Of a stretch of DNA of 64,000 nt, positions 13,139 through 23,600 are shown piece after piece. Made by a program: the position numbers and the translations under genes. Position 1 is the stretch's first letter. Each line of letters begins with the position of its first letter. The notes under the pieces are model-generated. The model saw nothing but the letters and a program-made list of their open reading frames with translations, did not search any database and was not told where the DNA came from. This stretch comes from Squalus acanthias (taxonomy: Eukaryota), in contig CM059430.1 in the NCBI GenBank assembly GCA_030390025.1, positions 74,462,001 to 74,526,000 on the forward strand. The letters are read 5' to 3'.

Positions 13139-14759
13139 CTACTGTCTCCTGCGGTTTCCCGCTCCCCGTGACCGGAGCCCTGTGCTGTGACTTGAAAGGG
13201 CCTTGTGTGCCATTTCTTGCCCTTCAGCAATTGCCTCCTGACAGGGTTGCTGCTGCTGCTGCTGTTGCAAGGCAACGTTTGCTTGCATCACAACTGGAGA
13301 AGCAGCTGGCTCTTGGGCCCGCACTTTTTCTGCGCTGGGAGCAGGTAAGGGCGTTTCTGCGGGAGTCAAAGTAATGGCAGCAAAAAGTGTTTAAGCATAT
13401 GCAAGATTCCAACGAGAGACTCATTTATTTGATTAAGCCCCATTCAAACATCTCGTTTGTGCAAGAGTCCAAGGAGAGAATCATTTATTTGATTAAGTGA
13501 CATGCCAATATAATTAATTCCCTTCCTGATCGAGGCAAGAGATTAAACTTTCTTCTCAGTAAGAGAACACATCGATTCCCTCAACCCTTCAATATGCTGC
13601 ATCTGAGCTTGTAAGTCATTATGTTCTGTTGAATGTATTTCTGCTTCTCCCACATGCTCTGCAGTATCAAGCTGGTGTCTGGTTCGCACAGAGCCAGAGG
13701 GGCCAGGAGATGGAGAGGTACTCTGCAGCAACCCAGGTTCCATACCCTCCTCTTCCACTAGATGACAAAGCACAAGTTGCTCCTGCACCTCCACCACCAC
13801 CACCTCACTCACTGCTCCCACTGCATCAGCAACCCCTTCCCCAATGCCCTCTGCGGCTGCAGACTCAATGCACTGGTCATCCGGTGTGTGAGAAGTCTGC
13901 TGTACACCTGTGGAAAGGAAACAGTAAACATTTGCAAAGATAAAGCATGATCTGCCACATCACAGAAGCTGATATTCAACACACATCTAACATTTTAAAC
14001 ATATAGCTGGCCAGAGCAACAAACGTTCATGCATACCAATGTTTATTTCTACACCAGCCAAGGGGCAACCGCGACTAAATCCAAACGGATGCTCAACCCA
14101 TTCCTCCTGTTCGGATAAAGCCCTTAACGTGACAACACCACCGCCTGTCAGGGCACGTTCTCTGGAGTTGTGAGCAGTTTTATTCTAAAATGAAAACAGA
14201 AAATATGAAACGTCATAAATCGTCAGCTGTTTCTGCAGATTACACCCACCTGTATTTGAAACATGGACACAGCCTGTTTTGCAGAGGTTTTTTTTTCACT
14301 CACTAAATGCCATTTTATAACTCAAACCAGTGGAATCAAGATAAGAACACAATGGATGACCCTGAGCTGGCCGCAAAGCCATAAACATTTATGGCCAGCC
14401 CAGCTCATGTGCCTGGATGATGAAGTCACTTGACTGAACACATGCATATATCTTTTTAAAACTATTTCAGTTAAATTTAAGGACATTTTACAGTTGACTT
14501 TTGTAATAACTGTACACACCTTGACAGATCACAATAAATCACTGAATTTCTTGCGGCATTGTTCTGCTGTCCGTGGAATGGTGGTGTTCGCGCTGACAGC
14601 CTCTTCAACTTCAGACCAAGCCTACATCTGCCCTTGTCGCGGTGCCCTGGACTTCTCATTCCCAATGATCCGTAGGCCCTTCGCCTCAACCTCGTTGAGG
14701 AGTGTGCTGAGATCATTGTGAGTTCTCTTAATGATGTGAATTGTGCTCATTCCAGCCAT
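13139..14759 (-). pseudogene. Harbinger family A Myb/SANT (trihelix) protein gene, 3 exons, decayed
   Basis: Exon 1 ~14759-14520 (..TADRTMPQEIQ frame-broken; cognate frame WTAEQCRKKFSDL in the 44-kb copy), exon 2 ~14187-14040, exon 3 from the ttccacag acceptor ~13907 (GAVSEVVVVEVQEQL..QQQQQQQPCQEAIAEG); frameshifts and stops present. Confidence 0.75.
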
Positions 14760-15419
14760 TTCATTTTGATTAAATTAAATAAAATGAATGAAAAAAATGC
14801 TTTCAGGGATTTTAAAACTATTTAAGTTACTTCATATCTCTTTAAAACTGTTTAAAATTCTTCCAATTCATGTAAAAGTCATTACAAGTTTGTAAAAGTT
14901 AGCAAAACATTCATTAAAATACAAAGGGACAATTACCATGCTGTTCTGCTCGTCAAATAGGTTTGCAGCATGTGAAAAAAATCGGGTGCGTGACCTATGC
15001 AAATGCTACTTCGGAGGGCGTGTCTTCACGACCCTCCGCACGGAGGCTCCGCGCACGCTGCGCTCCTGGACAGTGTGACGTCAGACGCTGCCTGGGAGTG
15101 CTCTTCAAGAAATCCTGAGTGCCAGTGGGCCAGAAGCAGAACGGCAGACGCGGTAGGTAAGTGCCCGCACGATCCTTACCCCCGCGGCAAGCCGGAAAGG
15201 CGAATTTCTGTGCCAATGTCTTCCTCGTTGGTTTGTATATATGCGGATTTCAGTGCTAGTCTGGCAGGAGCTGAGATAGCCAACAGGAAGCTTTTGCACT
15301 TAATGTGCATTGTCGCTGGACGAATGGAGACAATGTCGGGGACATTGTGCTTCCCGGCCTTGCTCCAACCGGAATGGTAACCCTCGAGGGGTTGTCCAAT
15401 TGTTTTTCTAGTAAATCTG

Positions 15420-15903
15420 TAAGGCCTGCTTTTATCAGCATAAGAGTTGAAAAAAGTAAAGAAAAACTATTTTGTTCACTCATTTGTAATTAAAACATAC
15501 TTTTTTAAAAGGTAAGTTTATTTTTAGCCCCGTAAAAAACTTTAATTTTTTTTCAAAAAGTTACATTTTTGTTTAAATTATTTAATATAATGTAATTTTA
15601 ACGCATTTTAAAAACGTGATTAAAAAAAGAAATAAAGATTTATGTGTTTTGATGTGAGCGCCATTCATATATTTGACAGGTATATCTGTCAAAAATATGA
15701 AGGGAGATTCCCTTCTCCTATTGGCTGACCTGGCCCACGTGCTCCCAGGGACACTTGGGATACGTGGGCTCTGCGCATTTCTACCGTGGAGAGGCACAGC
15801 AGCGGAAGTGTACGGACCTCGGGAGCCCAAGGTAAGTTCGTAGATTTTTTTCACGAAAGGAGTCATCCACACGCAGGAACCCTCCTGTCGGAAATTATGG
15901 GCC
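15420..15903 (-). mobile_element. Harbinger-like MITE (family C), partial
   Basis: Ends GGAAATTATGGGCC (reverse complement of the family C terminus); body homologous to 9520-9950. Confidence 0.7.
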
Positions 15904-15973
15904 ATAATGTTGCACTGGAAATGCAAGCCACAGCGTGAATCAACGAAGGCCAGGTGTCAGATGGAGACATAAC

Positions 15974-16738
15974 AGCCCTGATTTTGTTGTGGTAATGACG
16001 GCGAAACTGTTAGCGTTCGCCGTCAGTACTTCTTTGGAACTGACAGCTACTTCTGGGATCAGCGTATGCGCAATGAACGCAGATAGCTAGAAATTGCTGT
16101 CAGTCATTCCTTGCTCCTCGACAGTTTGCGCTGTGGAATTCCCCAGAGCGGAAAAACAATTCAATTCACAGTCCTGACGAAAACCTCCGCTCTTACGCTG
16201 CAATATTTCTATTAACCACACCACACCCAACCAAAAACGTTAAGCCTTGATGATAAAGGCGTAACTGGGTTTTCAACAGCCTATTGACTGCTGAACAACC
16301 GTTCTTGCCCCGAAGAATTAATTTTATACCTTTGGAATGTTTTTTTTCCCATTACTATGATAAGAACTACTTGGATTTTAACATAATATCGTTTTTTAAG
16401 AGATTGTTTATGATATTTCATATTTTACTTTCATCCTGGGTGCCTGTCCCAATCTTCATTTTTCTCTCTGTAAAATTTATAAAAACTAAATTAGAATCTG
16501 CGCTTTTTACTTCCTGGTTTGCTGTCTGTGAGAATTCTTGAATGTGATTGGCTGCTTAGACTGCTTGATGTCATCACTGTTGCTGGACGCTGGAGAATAG
16601 TTTGATTTGGCGCCAGGTTCAAACAACAGTCTGGAAAACTGAAATTCACGCCACAGAGATCGCTAGATATTTGTGGGCAGCTTTTTTCGAGGTCAGCAGT
16701 GAGCGCTGTTGTTTTGGCGCTGACCGAAATTCCAGCCC
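15974..16738. mobile_element. Old non-autonomous DNA transposon (Harbinger-like MITE) shared by both duplicates
   Basis: Ends gccctgatttt and aaattccagccc form an imperfect inverted repeat; paralog at ~59171-59944. Confidence 0.5.
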
Positions 16739-16839
16739 GTATACATTTGGTTTTGTCTTAATCACACATAGGTATCCTCATTTTGTTCATTTTGATTGTT
16801 AAAAATAAATGGCATGAATAAGGTATTCCAAAAAACCAT

Positions 16840-18185
16840 AATAAGAACAAAAGTACATAAGAAATAGGAGCAGGAGTAGCCCATATGCCCGCTTCGAGCC
16901 TGTTCCACCATTCCATAAGGTCATGGCTAAACTTTTACACCAACTCTACTTTCCCACCCCATCCAAATATCACCTGATTCCTTTAATATGCAAAAAAGTA
17001 TCTATCTCAGTCTTGAATATACTCAGCCACTCAGTATCCATAGCCCTTTAGGGTAGAGAATTTCAAAAGATTCACAACGCTGTGAATGAAGAAAATTCTC
17101 CTCATCTCAGTCCTAAAAGACCGACCACTAATCCTGAAACTCTGACCCATAGTTTTCGAACCTCCAGCCAGGGTAAACAGCCGCTCAACATCTACACTGT
17201 CAAGCCCTCTAGGAATTTTATACTTTTCAATGAGACACCTCTTATTCTTCAAACTCCAGAGAATATAACCCTATTCTATGCAATCTCTCCTTGTAGGTCC
17301 GCCCTCTCTTCCCAGGAATCAGTCCAGTGAACTTTTGTTGCACTCCCTCTCAGGCAAGTATAGATTTCCTTAGGTAAGGAGACCAAAACCGTACACAGTA
17401 GTCCAGGTGTGGTCTCAGCAAAGGCCTATATATTTGCAGGAAGACGTCTTTACTCTTATACTCCAAACCACTTGCAATAAAGGCAAAAGGTACATTTGCC
17501 TTGCTAATCGCTTCTACCTGCGTGTTAACTTTCTATGATCCGTATAGAAGGACCCCCAAATCACTCTGAACAACAGTATTTAAAAGTCTCTTAATTTTTT
17601 TAAAAAAATTGCTTTTCCGTTCTTCCTCCCAAAGTGGATAATTTCACACTTCTCATTTTAAACTCAATCTGCCTCCTTCTTGCCCAATCACTTATCCATT
17701 CTACGTTCCTTTGCAGCCTCTTTGCGGCCACATCACAGGTTACCTAGCTTTGTATCGTCAGCAAATTTGGTTACATTACAATTGGTCCCCTTATGTAGTC
17801 ATTGATATAGTTTGTAAATAGCTGAGGCCTATGCACTGATAATTGTGGCACTCCCACAGTTCCACGCTGCATTCCCATAAATGACCGTTTATTTCTACTT
17901 TATTTTTTCTGTCTGTTAACCAATGCTCAGTCCATACTAATATATTACCCCCAATTCCAAGAGACATAATCCTGTGTAAACAACTTCTTGTGTGTCACCT
18001 GATCGGAAGCTTTCTGAAAATCCAAATATACTACAACCACTGGGTACCTCTTATCTACCCTGTAAGTTAAACCCTCAAAAACAATAATAGATTTGTCAAA
18101 CACGATTTCGCTTTCATAAAACCGTGTTGATACTGCCGAATCATTTTATCATTTTCCAAGTGACCTGTTACCAAGTCATTAGTAA
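16840..18185 (-). mobile_element. CR1 LINE, 5'-truncated, decayed (predates the duplication)
   Basis: taagaaataggagcagga 3' end and degenerate RT; same position in the paralog (~60050-61385). Confidence 0.85.
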
Positions 18186-18949
18186 TCATTCACCTCAATT
18201 TTTTGCGTTCGAGTTTCTGAAATGAAAGTCAAAACGTATCTATAAATAGAAGTTAGATATATAATTAGACAACCTTGACAAATTCGTTTGGTGTGTTTTC
18301 CTGAACAGTGTGTCGACCAATTAAACTACATTTCTCTAAACAATAGGCGAGATTTCGTCATGTAATTTACATTTTAATTTGAAGCCATTTTACACAGACA
18401 CCATTTTGGCAAAACATTCATCACTATATGCATATAAGTTATTGGCCAGGCATATTTTAGCATGTTTACTACAAATGTAAACCGAATTATTTCTGATCTC
18501 TAAATTTCGCCTCCACTTCTCTCAAGAATAATTTACATTTCCGTTGTTAAGAAACTTCAAGGGCATGCACTTATTATATTGTTTTTGGCATTGTGCTCAG
18601 CGATCATATAAGTGACATCAGAGGAAGCGTTGTTGACGCTATGAAACGTTAAACAGTGTGATCACTGAAACTGTAATTCATCGAAAGAGAACAAAAATAT
18701 CTGGTCCGAAAATTCCACAAGTATAATGGCAGCGAAGTTCGTTAAAGGAACAAATTGCATTAATGCATGACGCTCAGACATTTTTATCTAATTCAAGTAA
18801 TGAAATGTTGGCTTTGCTGAATGAAAATAAAAACAGATGACGTTGAGGAGGGGCAAAGGTGCAGGCGAATGAAACGGTTTTCGAAAAATTTTGAGCACGG
18901 ACGGCAAGAGTAAGCTAGGAAGACAGTGAATTTCGAAGGAGAGACACGC

Positions 18950-20500
18950 TCTGCTTAAAACTGTTACCCACAGATGTGGATCGGAGGAGTTGATAACAAG
19001 GAGTAACCTGATGTCAGAGGAGTAGCGGCTGCTTCTGGGATGTATGGCTGCAGGATTTCACTATAGTCGAGTGGGGCTAGACCAGGGAACGATTTTTAGA
19101 CGAGGACGTGAATTGTGGGGCCCACGGAACCTCTGGGGCTCGAAAAGGATAAATTTTCGGGAGTATGAAAATTTTTTAGCGACAGTACGGATTCCAATGT
19201 TCTGAACGATTTGAGAATGATGGAGACTGGAACCAGATCTACCAGTGAATATGTTTAGCGATATCGAACTGCGAAATTTGATAGGCATGCGACAGGGTCG
19301 AGGTAGGGTGTGTGAGAACTAACAGTAGAGAGGGAATCTCTTGCAGGAATACAGGAAGAGGGTGATCAATGGCGGACGCAGAGGTTGATGGTATCCACAT
19401 AAGTGGTCTAGATAGCAAAAGAGATGTGAGGGATGTCGCTTAGCTTAATTCGCAGTTAACCTATAAACTGAGGCTTTCAAGATGATGACTCATACTAGGA
19501 TGGAATCTGGAGCGGCTATTGGATTCAAGCACTGAAAGAGGAAATTATCTTTTGTTGACATTAAATGTAGAAACTTTTGTCTCACGAGGGCCTGAACATT
19601 CGAAATGGGAAGATCAGACTTTGGCACAATATGCTCAGTCGCGAAATAAGTTGAGTGTCGAGTGTGTATCTGATCCCGATCCTGTCCTGCTGGATCATTA
19701 TGCAATGAGATCGCACATCAATGATGTTCAGGTGGGGAATTATGGATGGAACACTGCACTATACTGTAAATGATTGTATGGGCAGAGGGCGAAAAACCAT
19801 TGGAATCCATCGACTAATAATATTTGCATAAAAACTGCCAGTTCTGAACACAAGCGAAAAAAACAGGAAAGACACGAACCAGTCAGCAACTGTGGCGAGA
19901 AGAGATAGATTAACTATTTGAACTTGGTTTATCTTCTGAATACAAGAAAGAAACATAAGCATTTTCATATAACCCCGTAAAATGTGAGTTGGTAGGAGGG
20001 GCCAAATAAACAAAGGGAGGAACTTTTGCTGGAATGATATGAGGATGAAGTAAAAATCCATGTCAGGAAATTAAATACAATAAACAAACAAATAATTCGT
20101 GATCATTTGGTACAGTAAAAGCCGTCCCAAGGAGAAAAACGCGACAGCGGGAGAAAGGGAAATACAAATATGGAGATTCTGCCCTTGTGTAACGGTAAAA
20201 GTAGAATCCCGATGAACTATACCATGGAATCGGATTGCAGACAAAAAATAGAGAATACTTTTATGGTTCACCATGTCAAACTTGATGGAGTGGTGAAAGG
20301 GGATGGGAACATTTTTGACAGTTGCAAAGAAGCTAGTTATGACTTTGGTTGACGCACATTGTGTAAGTTTGAAGCCGGAATCGAACGTTTCCAATAAAGA
20401 ATGATTGAAGGCAACAGCTCGTTCCAAGAATTAGGAAAAGGAGGGAAGCCTGGAGAAGGAACATTAGCACATTAAAATGGACAAGCAACGTAAACGCATC
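18950..20500 (-). mobile_element. Highly decayed L2-like LINE downstream of the receptor stop codon
   Basis: Minus-strand remnants resemble the L2 C-terminus (paralog 62177-62401: ILIQKSFPGHVPLYFSELLQPYIP); also present at ~62170-63420. Confidence 0.45.
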
Positions 20501-20551
20501 TGTGACTGACTAATCGCTCGAATCTTTTCAGCGTATCCCCGTTTGAATAAT

Positions 20552-20680
20552 TTAGCTGCTGGTCTTCACCGCTGCGTATACGAGACTTGTATCTTTGTGG
20601 TTAGGTCTCGAGGTTTTCTTGGAACCAGTCAAATTTAGAGCAGCGTAAGTCAGTTTGCTATCACCGGCGCTCTGTTTGGT
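20552..20680 (-). CDS. Receptor exon 7, terminal ITIM exon
   Basis: Acceptor tttgttctacag; TKQSAGDSKLTYAALNLTGSKKTSRPNHKDTSLVYAAVKTSS*. Confidence 0.88.
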   Translation of the reverse strand, partial: TKQSAGDSKLTYAALNLTGSKKTSRPNHKDTSLVYAAVKTSS

Positions 20681-23600
20681 CTGTAGAACAAATATTGAGA
20701 TATTGTTTTTAATTTTTCTTCAAGAAAGCTAAAGGAAAATTACGTCAAATTAATTTTCAGTATTATCGTAAAAAGAAACTTATTGTGATTGGCATGATTA
20801 TTGTTTCCACGTATGAACTGAGCTGTACCTCTGCATAAACTGTGCTTCCTTCGTGTTGTTTAGATTTTTCACCTTCCTTGGAGCCGATCAGTTCCAGAGC
20901 AGCGTATGTCAGCTTGTCCTCAGCTACCTCTCGTTCTTTCTATAAAGTCAATATTTAGCATTCATTAAGTTACTTTTTCTGAAGTTTGACGAGCTAAGAC
21001 GGCATTACATACAACAAAGAATTGAGGCAGCATAGTCACATTATCATTGTAATTTGTTCTTCGGAATCTTAATAGTTTACTATTTCTTTCTGCGATCTAC
21101 AGATAGCCAGGGAACAATAATCAAAAGCATCTGGATGTGAAGATTCTAAACTGCTCTTTAATTTATTTTGCAATATTTTGAAAGCTATCGGAGAACCTCA
21201 GTAACTATTCGATTTCCAGAAACATAAGTTTTACTTGTCAACGCAAAATAATCGATTTGCGTTATTGAGATATATGACGTTCTGCATCAAACTGTTCTGT
21301 TCTAAATTCAGAATGCAGTATGTTTAGATCAAAAGTCATGCTTGAATTGGTATGAATTTACTTTATAATTATTAATAACATTAGTGGACCTCACGTTGAA
21401 TTGTTCGGAATTAAAGTATAAAGAAATAGATGGACGCAAGTAAATTAATAGCGTCTTCCTTAGCTTAGGGTGTACACTGTAGAAACTGGATAAATAACTG
21501 TAGTCCCTCCAATTTGAGAGCTAATCGGTTAAATAAACAATTGAATTGGACTAAATAAACAAATAAATGCATTCGTACGTAGAAAACAAGTTAAATAAAT
21601 ATGCCCCCGATAAGATGGGGCACGTAATTATTTCGATTGGTGGCTCTACAAGCTAATACTTGAGACAGCGAAATTTGAAGTGGCAGATAAAGGACTAAAT
21701 GCATTTATATAGAGGCGAATGTGTACGCTGGATGTTCCAAAGATTTTCATAGCAAATTGCTTATTTCTAAAATGTAGTTACTATTTTTTAGTTATGCAAG
21801 TACACCATCCAATTGATGAAGAACACGGTGGCGTAAATAAAATGAATGAAATAACCAGATACTCTGTGATGTTCCTGTTGCCTAATGAAACAATGATGGC
21901 AGGAAAATCGCGATAAATCCCCAGCTTTTTTAAAATCTTTAATGTAATACTGATCAACCACATGGAGCCTTGGTTTCTCGTCTTATCTGAACCAGCGCAC
22001 CTGGGACAATGCATCACACCCTGAGCTCTGCACGTGGATGTCAACCTATATTTTAGGATCAGCTCAAGCAGTGAGGCTTCAAGACATTACCTACTGACTG
22101 TACTTAAGAGTGCTACAGCGGAGTAAAAAAGTTAGAGCTTCAAATGGCTGCAAGTTTCGTGTATACACCGTTTACGACATTTCTTCCTGATTTCTTCCGA
22201 AGTTACAGGAAGGCCTTTAATTTGTTGTGTACTTATGCGCAGAGCCACGCGTAATCTGAACAAAATCCAATTACGCGGGTTAAAAGATTGAGTAAGTTTG
22301 GGCTTGATTGAGTTATTCGTTTAATTACAATACGCCCAAATCTCCTCGGCTTTTTATGGCTGTTTATTTATCCCTCCACCGGATTTTATCTCCGTTCATA
22401 ATAATGGCACCACTACAAGCTACTGAGAATTATACACGAATTTCCGTAAATTACGCTTACTCAGAGGCTCTCTTAATATTCCGATCGTATTCTAAGGCGC
22501 AACAGGGAAACAATTTTTTTCTTGGTATTTTAGTCTAATTTTTGAGGATTTTAAAAATTATCCTCACTGAGACCGGCATTGTATTTTCAGGTTCTATTAT
22601 TATTGCGGTATAATATAAATAACCTTCAAAATGGAAAAGCTTTCCGATTGCAGTTTCTTCAACTCGCTGCATATTGTGCAGGAATGATGGTTGTATCAGA
22701 CGGAAATTTATTTGTCATACTTGGAGAAGCAGTATATAGCGTGTGCTCGGTGCTTTCCTTGCGCCTCGATTCTTTACGCTGATTTACGCCCATCTTAAGA
22801 TCTTGCCTATTCTAATGACATTTGCCGTAAACTTGAATGTAACAGCCTCGGCAGAATTGAAACGGAAATGGGACAATGTTCTTGACTAAGTTTTTAAAAA
22901 TTGGAAGTAAATCATCATTATCATTAACTGCGATCATGAAGCAGTTGAATTGTTTTGAATATACAACTGGTTCAATAATTTGCTTTCAGGAAGGAAACCT
23001 GCTGTGACGACCCGGTCTGTCCTGCATGTGACGCCAGTCCCAGATCAAAATGGTTGCATTTTAACGGTCCGCTGAAGTGGTCTAGCAAGCCACTCAGTTG
23101 TATCAAACCGCTATCAGCTTTTCAAGAAGAAGGCCCAACAGCGCATTATCAGGGCACCCGAGGTGGGCAGTTAATATTGGCCTTGTCAACGACACTCACA
23201 TCCCGAAAATGAATAATAAAATAAATGTGTGCTCTAGCACTAAATCTACTTTTTCCAGCTTCCACTCGACCGCAAATTGTTGGGTTAATATCGAGAAGCG
23301 CATGTAAATAAAAATTGTTCGAGGCAGTCAGATTGTGTAAGAGAACCACAGCATGGACCGTTTGGCTACGATGACCTGGGAGATGCCAGGTTCGATCATC
23401 GGCAAACAGATCTGGATGGGTTGATTTTGAACAGCGTAGAATGGCAGGGTAACAATAATGGCAGGTAGAAATCCACTATGGCGATCGGAGTTTTCCCTGA
23501 TGTCGTTTAATATAAAAGGATCAATTTTGGGAATTAATTCAAGGTGCTGGTTAGCACGAAGGAACGAGCAACCTTGTGTGACATCCTCATTACTTCAATT

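Larger units (their letters stand above)
10170..15214. mobile_element. PIF/Harbinger transposon family A, transposase-deleted copy
   Basis: TIRs GGGCGAAAATTTCG and CGAATTTCTGTGCC; AAT target duplication (10167-10169, 15215-15217); empty site at ~53908-53916; homologous in inverted orientation to 43646-48241. Confidence 0.85.
5000..15398 (-). mobile_element. R2 (A-clade, multi-zinc-finger) non-LTR retrotransposon, decayed, with nested insertions
   Basis: Minus-strand fragments in order: zinc fingers (DYHTACHYGKCK..YQCTICHKKFNTHSGLSQHECYQH, ~9050-9190); Myb (SAWPEEKARLLLELA..KTKTSKQVLDKRR, ~8850-8980); RT (FVDLAKAFES, KGITQGDSLSPLLFNITMD, ~6800-7150); CCHC knuckle and RLE nuclease (CRNCDAANETLSHISGSC..RHNKVL..LWKPDIIF..VVDLT, ~5540-5775); stop at 5266-5268. 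The outer ends are approximate. Confidence 0.85.
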
